IMG/VR virus record: IMGVR_UViG_3300022309_000007
Location: 1 to 56,472 of that record
DNA: 56,472 nucleotides
Strand: one strand, 5' to 3'
Source: a virus
Lineage: Duplodnaviria; Caudoviricetes
Of the stretch, positions 7,367 through 17,737 are shown piece after piece; position 1 is the first letter of the stretch; every line of letters begins with the position of its first letter. The position numbers and the translations under genes were made by a program. The notes under the pieces are model-generated. The model was not told the origin of the DNA, made no database searches, and was given only the letters and a program-made list of their open reading frames with translations.

Positions 7367-7947
7367 GCGACTTTCTGGACGATGTGCTGCCTTTGGTTGA
7401 AGCGGTACGGGTAAAACCCGAACCGCCGGGGTTGCCGTTAAAAGCGAAATCCCCTGTTGCCAGTAAGAAAAGCAAGCGGGAGCCTGCTTTAGTCGTTGCA
7501 GAACGCAAGTTAAAACCTACCCAACGGTTTTATGCACGGGCATTACTCGAGTGCGATTCTTACGCGCATGCCGAGCGCGTGATGAAGCTGGCCGGCTATC
7601 CTTGTGAGCGTACGACCTTGTATCGCTGGCGCTGTCACCCCGACTTCGTAAAAGCTTTCAAGCTGATGCAGGCCGAGAAAGTGGAGTCGCTGGTGGTCAA
7701 CAAGGACAAGATATTGTCCGACGCCGAGAAGGCTAAAGAGATTGCGCTTAACCCCAAGGCTATTTTGTACAAGGGCGTGCCCACCGGACACGAAGAAGTG
7801 AACGTAGGGGCGTATATCCGGGCGCTGGAGCTGCAAGGCAAGGCGATCGGGGTTGGACAGGACGAGGGCCAGAAGGTGCAGGTTAACATCGACATTGACT
7901 ACTCCGGCCGTGTGGAAGGCTCCGCCGATGTGATCGACGGTGGATAA
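7363..7947 (+). CDS. Terminase small subunit (putative)
   Basis: HTH-like AERVMKLAGYPCERTTLYRW, ALELQGKAIG-type C-terminal motif, position upstream of TerL. Confidence 0.7.
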   Translation: MSDFLDDVLPLVEAVRVKPEPPGLPLKAKSPVASKKSKREPALVVAERKLKPTQRFYARALLECDSYAHAERVMKLAGYPCERTTLYRWRCHPDFVKAFKLMQAEKVESLVVNKDKILSDAEKAKEIALNPKAILYKGVPTGHEEVNVGAYIRALELQGKAIGVGQDEGQKVQVNIDIDYSGRVEGSADVIDGG

Positions 7948-8161
7948 TATCTCGGAAGAGAAGGACATCTGTGTCATCACAATGGATTTGCTCAACGGTG
8001 ACCGGTACGGGTCTTTTATCCGGATGCGGCTTGGCGGGGTTGCTGAAGTGCTGGTCGAGCTGCGGGTGTTGAAAGTGAAGAACTTGGAGACGGGGGAAGT
8101 GGTTGATGTAGCTGATCCGGCCGGGGACTACACCGACGACACGCCCGCGGTTCTGCACTGA
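7940..8161 (+). CDS. Small hypothetical protein
   Basis: Overlap-coupled to both neighbours. Confidence 0.6.
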   Translation: MDNISEEKDICVITMDLLNGDRYGSFIRMRLGGVAEVLVELRVLKVKNLETGEVVDVADPAGDYTDDTPAVLH

Positions 8162-9711
8162 TGGCGAAAGTATCCGGCAGCACGGTCCGGTATCGCCCGC
8201 AGGGTGCGACCCTGCAAGCGCTAGGGCAGAGCACCAAGGACGTACAGATCATTCGCGGGCCGCTGGGTTCGGGTAAAACCAAAGCGGTTGTATTCAAGAT
8301 CATCAAGCTGCTGTGCGAGCAGCGCCCCAACGCCGCTGGCGTCAGGCAGTCTCGTGTAGCCGCTATTCGGAACACTTATCCTGATTTGCAGACTACCACC
8401 ATCCGCGAGTTCAAGGAGTGTGTATCGCCGGTAATGGGTCGACTGATCAACGGGCACCCGCCCATGTTCAAGTTCGATTTCGATCTGCCCGACGGTACCC
8501 GCGTTGAGGCCGAGATCGACTTCCTGGCACTGGACCGTCCGGACGATGTGCGTAAGCTTCGCGGTACCCAATACACCTTCGCCTGGCTGAACGAGGTCAA
8601 GGAGCTGCCTAAAGCGGTTCCCGACATGGTAATGGGTCGTATCGATCGTTACCCGACTCCCGGATTTTCTTCGTGGGTTGGCTGGATCGCCGATACTAAC
8701 GCATGGGACGAGGATCACTGGCTGGTTCAGTGGGAGCAGGACTGGCTCGAAGGTAAGATGCCTGACTACGAGTTCTTCACCCAGCCCGGTGCAGTAATGC
8801 CTTGCGAGGCGGATCACCCGGAGGCGGCGCGCTCGGAGAACGGCACTTACTGGCGGGTCAACCCCGAAGCCGAGAATCTGATCGTTCTGCGCAAGGACTA
8901 CTACCATCGACAGATCGCCGGCCACAAGGACGACTGGATCAAGGTCAACTTGGCCAACGAGATCGGCCTGTCGATAGACGGCAAGCCGGTACATTCGGAC
9001 TACCAGGAATCGGTACATCGCGCCAAGGCTATTTTGAAGCCGATGCTGGGCATTCCCATTTACGTTGGCCTGGACTTTGGTTTAACGCCGGCCGCAGCGT
9101 TCGCGCAACGGATACCGGAAGGCCGCTGGCACGTTCTCGACGAGATCGTGTTCGAGGATGGCGACGCAGTTAAACTGGCCAACGAGTTGAAAGTGAAGTG
9201 CGCCGAGATTCGCGGCGAGATCGGAGTCAACAAGAACGACACCGAGTCGCTTAAATTTGTGTTTCGCGGCGACCCTTCAGGCGACAGTCGTGCCGACTCC
9301 GATTCCAGTACAGCCTTTCAGGTTTTACGGAACAACGGCATACCGGCACTTGCTGCATCCGGTAACGATCCCAGCTTGCGCCGTGGCGCGCTGGATCGGC
9401 CGCTGACTCGCATGGTCAACGGCGGACCGGGCATACTGGTGTCGCCTAAGTGCAAGCACATCCGCAAAGGCTTGGCCGGCGCATTTCAATACAAGCGCAT
9501 CAAGGTATCCGGTACGGAGAAGTTCAAGGACGTACCTGATAAAAATTTATGGTCTCACGTTTGCGAAGCACTGGAGTACGCACTGATGGACGCCGGCGAG
9601 CATTCGGTTGCCGACTCTCCCGTTGGGATGCGAATGCCCAAGGGGCCCATACAACCGCAAGTGGTTAACGCAACCGTAGGAGGTTTCGGATGGTCGCCGT
9701 TCGATGGCTAA
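8161..9711 (+). CDS. terL: Terminase large subunit
   Basis: Walker A GPLGSGKT, Walker B-like AWLNEVKE, nuclease motifs GLDFG, GDPSG, PDKNLWSHVCEALEY. Confidence 0.95.
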   Translation: MAKVSGSTVRYRPQGATLQALGQSTKDVQIIRGPLGSGKTKAVVFKIIKLLCEQRPNAAGVRQSRVAAIRNTYPDLQTTTIREFKECVSPVMGRLINGHPPMFKFDFDLPDGTRVEAEIDFLALDRPDDVRKLRGTQYTFAWLNEVKELPKAVPDMVMGRIDRYPTPGFSSWVGWIADTNAWDEDHWLVQWEQDWLEGKMPDYEFFTQPGAVMPCEADHPEAARSENGTYWRVNPEAENLIVLRKDYYHRQIAGHKDDWIKVNLANEIGLSIDGKPVHSDYQESVHRAKAILKPMLGIPIYVGLDFGLTPAAAFAQRIPEGRWHVLDEIVFEDGDAVKLANELKVKCAEIRGEIGVNKNDTESLKFVFRGDPSGDSRADSDSSTAFQVLRNNGIPALAASGNDPSLRRGALDRPLTRMVNGGPGILVSPKCKHIRKGLAGAFQYKRIKVSGTEKFKDVPDKNLWSHVCEALEYALMDAGEHSVADSPVGMRMPKGPIQPQVVNATVGGFGWSPFDG

Positions 9712-10147
9712 AGGAATTATTCGAGAAGGTCCGTCGCTGGTTGATACCGCGTATCACCACAGTATTGACCTATGGGTCGTCTTTATGGAACTCGATCCGA
9801 AATCGCGTGTTGAAGCTCGTTCGCCGTTCTGGCGGTTCCTGAAAAGCGGCTTTCGGCATGTTGAGTGCTGGAAGTATATTCAGCCTGGCGCTTGGCTGCG
9901 GTTTAATACTGGCGTGGAGCTTATTGCGCCGGAAGTTTATTTACGCCCGCCGTGGGAGCTGATGGCGCACTTGAATCCGACTGTGGTGAAAGTGCAGCGG
10001 ATGGTGCCGCAAGGATTTTGGCGCGAGCCTTTTTTCATCGGGCCTTTGACTTGTGTTGAGCAGGTGAAAGCGTTTTTGGGGGTGTGCAGCTTTTTTGTTC
10101 GTACACCCTTTCAACTTTATAATTTTTTGAGGAACGAGCGTGCATAG
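9704..10147 (+). CDS. Conserved phage protein, possibly permuted papain-like (NlpC/P60) peptidase
   Basis: GFRHV...TCVEQVK...TPFQLY: His before Cys and TPxxL ending. Confidence 0.55.
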   Translation: MAKGIIREGPSLVDTAYHHSIDLWVVFMELDPKSRVEARSPFWRFLKSGFRHVECWKYIQPGAWLRFNTGVELIAPEVYLRPPWELMAHLNPTVVKVQRMVPQGFWREPFFIGPLTCVEQVKAFLGVCSFFVRTPFQLYNFLRNERA

Positions 10148-10319
10148 TGGTGGCGGTGGTGGCGGGTTCAGAAACCTGCTTAATTCGATTCGCGCACGGC
10201 AGGAACGGCAAGCTGCGCTTGATAAGTCTGCGCGCCTGTACGGTTCCGATCCGAAATCCGGGCGTTTGACGCAAGACGCTACAACCGTCAAGAAACGCGT
10301 TTTTCAGCGACTGATTTAA
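10140..10319 (+). CDS. Small basic protein MHSGGGGGGF... (59 aa, absent from ORF track)
   Basis: GAGGA RBS, GTG start, open to TAA 10317-10319. Confidence 0.55.
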   Translation: MHSGGGGGGFRNLLNSIRARQERQAALDKSARLYGSDPKSGRLTQDATTVKKRVFQRLI

Positions 10320-10331
10320 GAGGATTCTATT

Positions 10332-10601
10332 GTGCGAAGAAGTCAACCGGCTCCCCAGGAAGACCCGTCCGTCAAGGTGTTTCGCGAGCGTCAGATTGAA
10401 GATTTGGCGAAGATCGACGAAGAGGAAAACCGGCGTCTGAAGATGGCTTTTCGTTTGACTCGCGGCGTGCGTGCTTTCCGTCCTTCGGCTGCCGGCGGCA
10501 ACGGTTCTACGTCTGGTGGAAGTGGTGGTCCATCCGGCGGGCGTGCCGCAAGTCGTCCCGGTCGTGGTTCGCGCCGCGGCGAAGGCTTTAGAATACCCTA
10601 A
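10332..10601 (+). CDS. Small pre-portal protein (Gly/Arg-rich tail)
   Basis: GAGGA RBS, TAATG coupling to portal; usual position in podoviruses. Confidence 0.65.
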   Translation: MRRSQPAPQEDPSVKVFRERQIEDLAKIDEEENRRLKMAFRLTRGVRAFRPSAAGGNGSTSGGSGGPSGGRAASRPGRGSRRGEGFRIP

Positions 10602-12175
10602 TGCTGATTACTAAGCTTCCACCGACGTTGGAGGATGGCGAGGCGCTGATCAAGCGCCGCGCGAAAGCCGCTCAACGGAAAGAGATGTGGCGCGGGCTGT
10701 ACAAGGACTGCTATCGGTATGCACTGCCGATGCGCGAGACCTTCGACTGGCAGACGCCCGGCACGTTTAAGAATAACATTCTGTACGATTCAACGCTTCA
10801 GGAGGCGACTTACACCGCAGCAAACACAATGGCGGCTTTGTTGTTTCCGTCGTGGCAATACTGGATGAAAGCGGCGCCTGGCGGCAGCATTCCGAAAGAG
10901 TTTCGCACCAAGGAGCTGATCGCCGGTTTGCAGGAAATCACGGAGACGTTCTTCGATTTCTTGGATAACAGCAACTTCAGCACAGTGGCCAACGAGGTTG
11001 CGCTGGACTTGCAGATCGGCACTGGCGCCATGCGTTTCGACGAAGGTCCGACAGATGATAACCCTTTTGTGTTTTCGTCCATTCCTTTATCGGCAATCGA
11101 GTTAGAGGAAGGTCCGAACGGTACGGTTGAGACGACGTGGATGGAGCGAGCGCCGCTGGGGCGTAACTTGGTTCGGATGTATTCTGGTCTTGATACGTTT
11201 GATTTGCCACAAGGGCTTCAGGAAAAGATCGACGCCAAGCCGGATGAACCGGTAAAAATTATTCAGGGTGTTGTTTACGATCCATTGACAGCGCACTACT
11301 ACGGGGTGGTTGTATGGGCTGAGGCCAATACAATAATCTGGCGTTACGACTATGGTAAAACGTCTCCCGATATCGTGGCCAGGGCTAACAAGGCGGCGGG
11401 GGAGATTTACGGGCGCGGGCGTGTAACGCTCGCATTGTCCGACGCACGTACACTGGATCGGATGCAGGAGTTCGTGTTACGGCATTCGGCGTTGCAGGTT
11501 GCTCCGCCGATGACGGGGATTTCTGATGGCGTGCTGAATCCCTATACCGCGGTGCTGCGGCCTAACACGATCTTGCCGGTGGGCAGCAACGATCAGCGGA
11601 ATCCGTCGCTTCGCGTGATGGAGTTCGGTGGTGACTTCCGCATAACGGATACCATCATGCGCGATCTGCGTGATCGCGTTCGGCGCACCATGCTTGGACC
11701 GGAACCTTCAGAGGGTCCGGTCAAGAGCGCGACCGAGATGTCTATCATGGACCGTAACCGCTTGTGGGCGATGGGCGGCGAGTATTCACGGATACAGATC
11801 GAGTTTCTGTTCAAGGTAGTCGCGCGCGGCATGGACATCCTCCAGCGCCGCGGGCTGATTCCGAAATTCAAGGTGGACGGTCGTGAGGTTGCTTTGAAGT
11901 TTACTTCGCCGTTTGCGCGATCGCAGGATGCAGAAGACCTGCTGGCGTTCGAGCGCACAGTCGGGATGATGATGCAGGTAGCACCGGACGGAAGTTCGAT
12001 TCCGGTTCAGTTGAAGTCTGATATGTTCGGTGAGTGGTTATCGCGCAAGACCGGTTTGGATCAAGCTTTGGTGAACAACAAGGCCGAGCGTGAGCAGATT
12101 CAGAAGCAGGCTGCCGAGGCAGCGGCGCAGTTAGCACAGCAAGCGCAGGAAGCGGGAGTAATGCCGAATGGATGA
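10601..12175 (+). CDS. Portal (head-tail connector, T7 gp8-like family)
   Basis: 524 aa; YALPMR, LYDST, DLxxGTG, GEIYGRG, SATE, FTSPFAR motifs. Confidence 0.93.
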   Translation: MLITKLPPTLEDGEALIKRRAKAAQRKEMWRGLYKDCYRYALPMRETFDWQTPGTFKNNILYDSTLQEATYTAANTMAALLFPSWQYWMKAAPGGSIPKEFRTKELIAGLQEITETFFDFLDNSNFSTVANEVALDLQIGTGAMRFDEGPTDDNPFVFSSIPLSAIELEEGPNGTVETTWMERAPLGRNLVRMYSGLDTFDLPQGLQEKIDAKPDEPVKIIQGVVYDPLTAHYYGVVVWAEANTIIWRYDYGKTSPDIVARANKAAGEIYGRGRVTLALSDARTLDRMQEFVLRHSALQVAPPMTGISDGVLNPYTAVLRPNTILPVGSNDQRNPSLRVMEFGGDFRITDTIMRDLRDRVRRTMLGPEPSEGPVKSATEMSIMDRNRLWAMGGEYSRIQIEFLFKVVARGMDILQRRGLIPKFKVDGREVALKFTSPFARSQDAEDLLAFERTVGMMMQVAPDGSSIPVQLKSDMFGEWLSRKTGLDQALVNNKAEREQIQKQAAEAAAQLAQQAQEAGVMPNG

Positions 12176-12443
12176 AGAGGTAGATTGGCTGGATGACGTT
12201 AGCGCGACGCAAGCTCGAAAGGACCAAGAACGTCAGGCGATAGAAGATGCACAACCCTACCTACTGTTCGTTGACGATGAACGTGGTCGGCAGCTAATGC
12301 AGCGTTGGGACCGTGATTTATGGAACCTGCGTACGCCGCCTGACGCGCCTATCCAGCAGTATGCGGCGGACGAGGCGCTTCGTGCGTTCATCGCCAGGTT
12401 GAAAATTCAGATTGAATTAGCGCAACGACGGATGGATGTATAA
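12168..12443 (+). CDS. Small post-portal protein (Bbp19-like)
   Basis: FxxxxGxxLxxxW...E..R.FI..L pattern; position after portal. Confidence 0.65.
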   Translation: MDEEVDWLDDVSATQARKDQERQAIEDAQPYLLFVDDERGRQLMQRWDRDLWNLRTPPDAPIQQYAADEALRAFIARLKIQIELAQRRMDV

Positions 12444-12869
12444 ATGGCTTCTCCTGCAACTCGCAGAGAATTTGTAGACGGTAGATCGTCTCAGAAAAAT
12501 CTGGGCGGGGCCAGCCGGGAAGAAGAGGGCGGTCTTGCTCGTCGCATCGGTGTTGGTTTTAGCACGCTGGTATCGCAAGTGGATGCGGAAGCCGGCACTT
12601 CGCAAGTTATTTATGAGTGGACGCCGGAGCGCGTTGCGCAAGCGATCGTTGCGTTAGGCAGCGGCGCATCTTTTTTGAATATAACCGAGTTCGACGATAC
12701 CGACGCATCCTACTACTTTTATGGTGGGCTTGACGGCGGATCGAGTTGGCAGATAAATCGTTACGATAAGACGACTTTCGTAAAAACCAGTGCCAGGGAA
12801 TCAGGCAACCCGTCCTATATGTCGCTTGCCGCGGCATGGACTGATCGATTAACTTTAACTTATTCCTGA
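12444..12869 (+). CDS. Hypothetical virion-associated protein (WxxRxxLTY C-terminus)
   Basis: ORF in operon; C-terminal motif seen in phage fibre-adjacent proteins. Confidence 0.65.
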   Translation: MASPATRREFVDGRSSQKNLGGASREEEGGLARRIGVGFSTLVSQVDAEAGTSQVIYEWTPERVAQAIVALGSGASFLNITEFDDTDASYYFYGGLDGGSSWQINRYDKTTFVKTSARESGNPSYMSLAAAWTDRLTLTYS

Positions 12870-12884
12870 TAGGGGATTTTACAA

Positions 12885-15050
12885 ATGGCAATGGTAGATG
12901 GTGACTGGAGCATTGATCGGGCAACCGGCAATATCCGATATATTGGAGATGACCACACGCTGTCCGGTGGTTCGCCATCGTATGCAACAGTCATTCAGTT
13001 CCACAGATGGCTGCAAGCCTTTGCCGATGACGCGGAATTTACCGGTGATGACGAGCTGGACATCATTGACCAAAACCCGTCGAATCGCTCGACGGACAAC
13101 ATTATTACGCTGGTCAACGGTTTCAATGTTGACGCAACGGCGATCGAGCATCTGTACGACGGTACGATCATTCAGGGTTCCGGGTTAACCGAGGAACGCT
13201 GGGACGGTATCGTCAACTTCGGTAGCCCGACCAACCACATCCAAGTTATCCAGAACGGCGCGATCCTTTCGGATGACTTCTGGAATTACGGCTGGGAAGC
13301 GGGCACGCACACTGGTGCTAATGACGCATCTGTTCTGACGGATTCCACCCTCGGCGCAACAGTGGATCAGTTCGTTGGCTACACCATCAAGAACATCACT
13401 GATGGCAGCCAGGGCATTATCACGGCGAATACTGCGACAACTGTTACTGCTACGCTCTACGGCGGCACGGATAACGACTGGGATACTGGTGACGTTCACC
13501 ACATCGCAGTCCCGCTGAACGGCGACAGTGCGCAGGGTATCTCGCATCGCTTTATGATTAAGACTCGCGATAATGGCGTAGACATTGACCGCAGGCGATT
13601 GATCGGTACGACCCGTCGCTATGGCAACACCTACTCCGAGTTCAAGATCAATGGCACCGGCCAAGGTAACAACGTATTCGCCCTGAACGATTCCGCTGAC
13701 CTGAACAACACGACTCCGTGGGCTACCATTAACGCGATTGCCGACATCACCAATACGGAAGGTTTGCGCCTGATCGACATTTCAGGCGACGGAAGCACAG
13801 AGGAATACTATTCCGAATGGGACCGTGGCGCGAACAGCATCAACACCTTCTACCAGTATGGTAAGCTGCTGCAAGCGGATGGCTCTGTTTATACGCTGAA
13901 CTCACTCAACGGCGAGAGTTTCCGCGGTATTACCCATCACTACCAGTACGACAACGAAACCGGCACCAACTTCACCACGAACGATGTGGGTTGCTACGGC
14001 ACGAATGTTGTGTTTACGGGCGGGTCCGGTACGGCGGTTCTGGGTGAGGAAATCTTCGAGGACTCGGCAACCCCGACTTGGAAGGGCAGGATTGTTGGCA
14101 TCGATGACAACACCGGCACCGGCTCGATCATTGTCGATGTCGAATCTGGCACTGTAACGACCGCAGAAACCTTCTCAACGACCAATGGCTTCGCCGGCAC
14201 CGTATCAGGTACGCCAACCGCACAGAACGCGGCAGGGCGCCTGATATTCTACGCGGTCGATGATGATGGCACTACGGGCAATATGTACGTGCAGGTATTG
14301 GCTGGCGTTGCGCCGGTAAACAACACTCGCATTTTCTTCGGGAATGCGACTGCGGACGTTGCCAGGTTCCACGATGTCGATACGACCTCGCAGGCGGTAT
14401 TGGAGCGCACCATCTCCACACCGTTCGTGGGTGCGTCTACGGGTTCCGCGCTGATCGGTGCGTACGGTCTGGGTCTGCAAGCTGCTGATACGGCTGCTGC
14501 GGACACGTACTTCGACCTGTCGAACACCGCCATCACACCGCCGAACAACGTCACATTCACGGCATCCGGGTTTATATCCGGTGACTATGTGTTGTGTACC
14601 GAGGACAACGGTGGCGACATCAACTACACGCAGATGGCGCTGAACGCAACCTATAACAGTGCTGGTGTAACGACCATATCTGTTAACGCCATTCCCTCTG
14701 ACACTCCATCGTCGGCGGGTACGAAAGGCGGCATTCGCATACAGCGCGACAACGGCCTGTACAGCCTGCACAGGTATTCTGCTTTCGACACAGGCACCGA
14801 TGACTTCACCATCCCGTCAACGGATTTCAGCAGCAACAACGCGACCTCTGGTAACAACGTGTTCGTGACCTACCTCGACCTCGTGACTTCCGGAACATCC
14901 GAGAACTTCTCGTATGTTTACAGTTCGGATCGAACGCACTTCCTGCGAGTCAGGGATGGCGGCGCGACCCCGATCAAGACGGCGGAAGCTACGGGCGTAA
15001 TGGGTACCAACGGAGGCGTCGCGTCGGTTAACCGAATCAGTGACACCTAA
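12885..15050 (+). CDS. Large acidic Gly/Thr/Asp-rich beta-strand protein, putative fibre/adhesin (721 aa)
   Basis: Composition and position; no signal peptide. Confidence 0.7.
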   Translation: MAMVDGDWSIDRATGNIRYIGDDHTLSGGSPSYATVIQFHRWLQAFADDAEFTGDDELDIIDQNPSNRSTDNIITLVNGFNVDATAIEHLYDGTIIQGSGLTEERWDGIVNFGSPTNHIQVIQNGAILSDDFWNYGWEAGTHTGANDASVLTDSTLGATVDQFVGYTIKNITDGSQGIITANTATTVTATLYGGTDNDWDTGDVHHIAVPLNGDSAQGISHRFMIKTRDNGVDIDRRRLIGTTRRYGNTYSEFKINGTGQGNNVFALNDSADLNNTTPWATINAIADITNTEGLRLIDISGDGSTEEYYSEWDRGANSINTFYQYGKLLQADGSVYTLNSLNGESFRGITHHYQYDNETGTNFTTNDVGCYGTNVVFTGGSGTAVLGEEIFEDSATPTWKGRIVGIDDNTGTGSIIVDVESGTVTTAETFSTTNGFAGTVSGTPTAQNAAGRLIFYAVDDDGTTGNMYVQVLAGVAPVNNTRIFFGNATADVARFHDVDTTSQAVLERTISTPFVGASTGSALIGAYGLGLQAADTAAADTYFDLSNTAITPPNNVTFTASGFISGDYVLCTEDNGGDINYTQMALNATYNSAGVTTISVNAIPSDTPSSAGTKGGIRIQRDNGLYSLHRYSAFDTGTDDFTIPSTDFSSNNATSGNNVFVTYLDLVTSGTSENFSYVYSSDRTHFLRVRDGGATPIKTAEATGVMGTNGGVASVNRISDT

Positions 15051-15055
15051 GAGAA

Positions 15056-16921
15056 ATGGCGGCACCCGTATATGCAACCGACCTTACTGATTTTTGGGTT
15101 ACTGGGGGAACCACCACAGTAACGGCCATCGGTACGGGCGGTGCCGGTCTCGGAAACCCTGAAACCGACTTTTTCATCCAGAGCACCAGTTGTGTCAGTA
15201 AGGCCGCGTGGACGAACGCCACCAAGGGCTTCATCATTGATGGCGTGGCCGGGAACTTCACAGTCCCGACTGACGGCGCGGTTATAGCGTTTATGAAGTA
15301 TGATGCCGCCGGTTCGCTGGATACGAAAGCGAACGGCGGCCTGCAAATGATAATAGGCAGCACTAGTTCTGCGTACTACCATTTCTATGTCGGCGGTAAA
15401 ACGACACTGGCGTTCGATTCGTGGATTCCGTACACGGTAGACCCGAATACGGCTACGGCGGATAACACAACCGGATCGCCGGGCACGAACGAAAGATGGG
15501 TTGGAGTGCTTGCTACTCTGCCCACTACGTCAGGACCGACCAAGGGCAACCCGATCGCGATGGACGCTATTCGATATGGGCGTTGCCGGATTGACTACAC
15601 GGTTGGGGATTCAGGAACGCCAGCCACGTTTGCAGGTGCAGAGGCTTATGGTAATGATGTAAGCCGCCGATGGGGTTTGCTGGAACTTCTTAAAGGCGCG
15701 TACCAGACGCAGGGCTTTCACTCTATCGGTACGTCAGGCACGGCCTGTTATTTCAGTGATGCGAACAGGGTTATTTTCATTCGTCCGTCAGGCGCGAACA
15801 ACGTCAGTAACGACTCGGTATCGAATGCGTTTAACCGCTTTGAAATAATCAACGCATCGACCACCTGCATCTGGGACAACATTCTGTTTCAGGCGCTGGG
15901 AACGCGAGCAAGAGGCCGATTTTACCACACGGCCGGAACATTTACCGTGACCAACTGCCAGTTTGTTAACACTGGCCTGATGTCACTGCTTTCGACCAGC
16001 TCGTTGACCAACTGCATCATGCGTAGCTCAGGCGTGATAACAGCCCCAGGCTCAACGCTGAATGGCACGAAGATTCTGACCAACAGGGCCGGGACCAACT
16101 TGTCCGCTCTGGTGTGGGACGTTGCAACAGACGCAGATGGCAAGCTGGACAACATGGAGTTTTCCAAGGGTACAAACGCGCATCATGCGATAACCTTTGG
16201 CACAAGCTCACCGACCACAATCACGATGCGTGGCGCGGACTTCACTGGCTTTAGTTCGTCCAATGACAATGACGCTTCGGTGTTCAAGTTTCTAAGAACG
16301 TCCGGAAACGTAACACTGAACCTGATTGGCTGCACACACGACGGTTCAGGGTTCACGATTGATGACAGGGCAGGCTGTACGGTCACGGTCGTTATCGATC
16401 CGGTCACGACATCGGTGAACGTCAAGGATCGAAACAAGAACAACATCCAGAACGCCAGGGTGTTTGTCGAAACGGCAGCTACCGCAACGGGCGGCGAAAT
16501 GTTCGAGGCGGCGGTTACGTCTCTTACCCAGTCGGCAGGGACCGCCACTTGTACAATGACGGCTCCGCACAAGCTGGCGACGAACGATTACGTGGTGATT
16601 CGCGGCGCGCAACCGGATGGGTACAACAAGGTCGCACAGGTCACGGTATCCTCGACAACGGTATTCACTTACACAGTGCCGTCAGGGATAGCCGGAACTG
16701 CAACCGGAACGCCGGTGGTATCTCTGGTTCCGCTGTACGGGCTCACGGACGCTTCGGGCAATATATCGTCGTCGAAAACCTGGGGGATAGCACAGGATTT
16801 GAAAGGATGGGCGCGAAAGAAGAACACATCCAGCCCGTTTTACAAGGACGCCGATATTGCTTATACCGTGAATATCACGGCAGGTAACACCACAAATGTC
16901 GTACTACAACCGGATGAATAA
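15056..16921 (+). CDS. Beta-helix-containing fibre/adhesin-like protein (621 aa)
   Basis: Beta-helix-like repeats (TNCQF, TNCIM, DNMEF) and a C-terminal T..H.L...D.V.I.G....YN...V module. Confidence 0.7.
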   Translation: MAAPVYATDLTDFWVTGGTTTVTAIGTGGAGLGNPETDFFIQSTSCVSKAAWTNATKGFIIDGVAGNFTVPTDGAVIAFMKYDAAGSLDTKANGGLQMIIGSTSSAYYHFYVGGKTTLAFDSWIPYTVDPNTATADNTTGSPGTNERWVGVLATLPTTSGPTKGNPIAMDAIRYGRCRIDYTVGDSGTPATFAGAEAYGNDVSRRWGLLELLKGAYQTQGFHSIGTSGTACYFSDANRVIFIRPSGANNVSNDSVSNAFNRFEIINASTTCIWDNILFQALGTRARGRFYHTAGTFTVTNCQFVNTGLMSLLSTSSLTNCIMRSSGVITAPGSTLNGTKILTNRAGTNLSALVWDVATDADGKLDNMEFSKGTNAHHAITFGTSSPTTITMRGADFTGFSSSNDNDASVFKFLRTSGNVTLNLIGCTHDGSGFTIDDRAGCTVTVVIDPVTTSVNVKDRNKNNIQNARVFVETAATATGGEMFEAAVTSLTQSAGTATCTMTAPHKLATNDYVVIRGAQPDGYNKVAQVTVSSTTVFTYTVPSGIAGTATGTPVVSLVPLYGLTDASGNISSSKTWGIAQDLKGWARKKNTSSPFYKDADIAYTVNITAGNTTNVVLQPDE

Positions 16922-16924
16922 CTT

Positions 16925-17266
16925 ATGATAGGCGCAACCACAGGGAAAGAGCTGGACTACGTTGACGACGAAGACCTAAAGACACTCGACGAGCTTCGCG
17001 GCGAGATGAAAACCATCAGCGCGGCAAGGTTGACGATGGGAGAGAAGGCCACCGTCCAAGGCTTGCTGACTGAGATTCAGGTATTGAAGCAGCAGATGGA
17101 GATGACGCACGAGCAGATGCGTCGCTTGATCGGTATGTATTCCACCATGCGTGACGAGTTCAACGTGTTTCAAGCACAACGCGTTAAAGAATTGAATGTT
17201 CGAGTAAACTCAGGATCAACGACGGCGGAAGATATCGATGGCCCTCGCATTAGACCCCGCCACTAA
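16925..17266 (+). CDS. Coiled-coil hypothetical protein
   Basis: Heptad-rich 113-aa ORF in operon. Confidence 0.65.
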   Translation: MIGATTGKELDYVDDEDLKTLDELRGEMKTISAARLTMGEKATVQGLLTEIQVLKQQMEMTHEQMRRLIGMYSTMRDEFNVFQAQRVKELNVRVNSGSTTAEDIDGPRIRPRH

Positions 17267-17702
17267 AGTCATAACGATACCGCAGGCGGATTTAACTTTT
17301 GTCAGCGGGACTCTTTACGAACTAGATACAAACCAATTCCGTAAAGACGTTATGGACTTGCTGGCCAGCGAAGACTACATATGGATGCAGGACGCTTACG
17401 ACCATAATACCCAGTACACGGTACTCGGGGTTACCTACGCCCGCAAAGTAGAGTTTATCAACGGGTTCAGCATCCAGTTCGAAGACACCGCCAGTCAGTA
17501 TTCGGTGCGCATGGCGGGCAGCAACAACAACCTGTTCGATGCGGAAAGCGGCGTTCTTGTACCGACTCCGCTGGTTACGGTGATAGGTCAGAACTCCGCG
17601 GGTCTGGTTTCTGGCGGTGGCGGCTTCACCGGCACGGACCGAACGAAGTTGTCCGATACCTACGACCAGGCACGGATTGGCGCACAGAATACACAAGCAT
17701 AA
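17238..17702 (+). CDS. Conserved phage structural hypothetical protein
   Basis: HNTxxTVxGVTYARxVExINGxSIxFED motif. Confidence 0.7.
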   Translation: MALALDPATKVITIPQADLTFVSGTLYELDTNQFRKDVMDLLASEDYIWMQDAYDHNTQYTVLGVTYARKVEFINGFSIQFEDTASQYSVRMAGSNNNLFDAESGVLVPTPLVTVIGQNSAGLVSGGGGFTGTDRTKLSDTYDQARIGAQNTQA

Positions 17703-17737
17703 AAGTTTCGCGCGCAAGCGCATAGTGGAGAGAGAAA

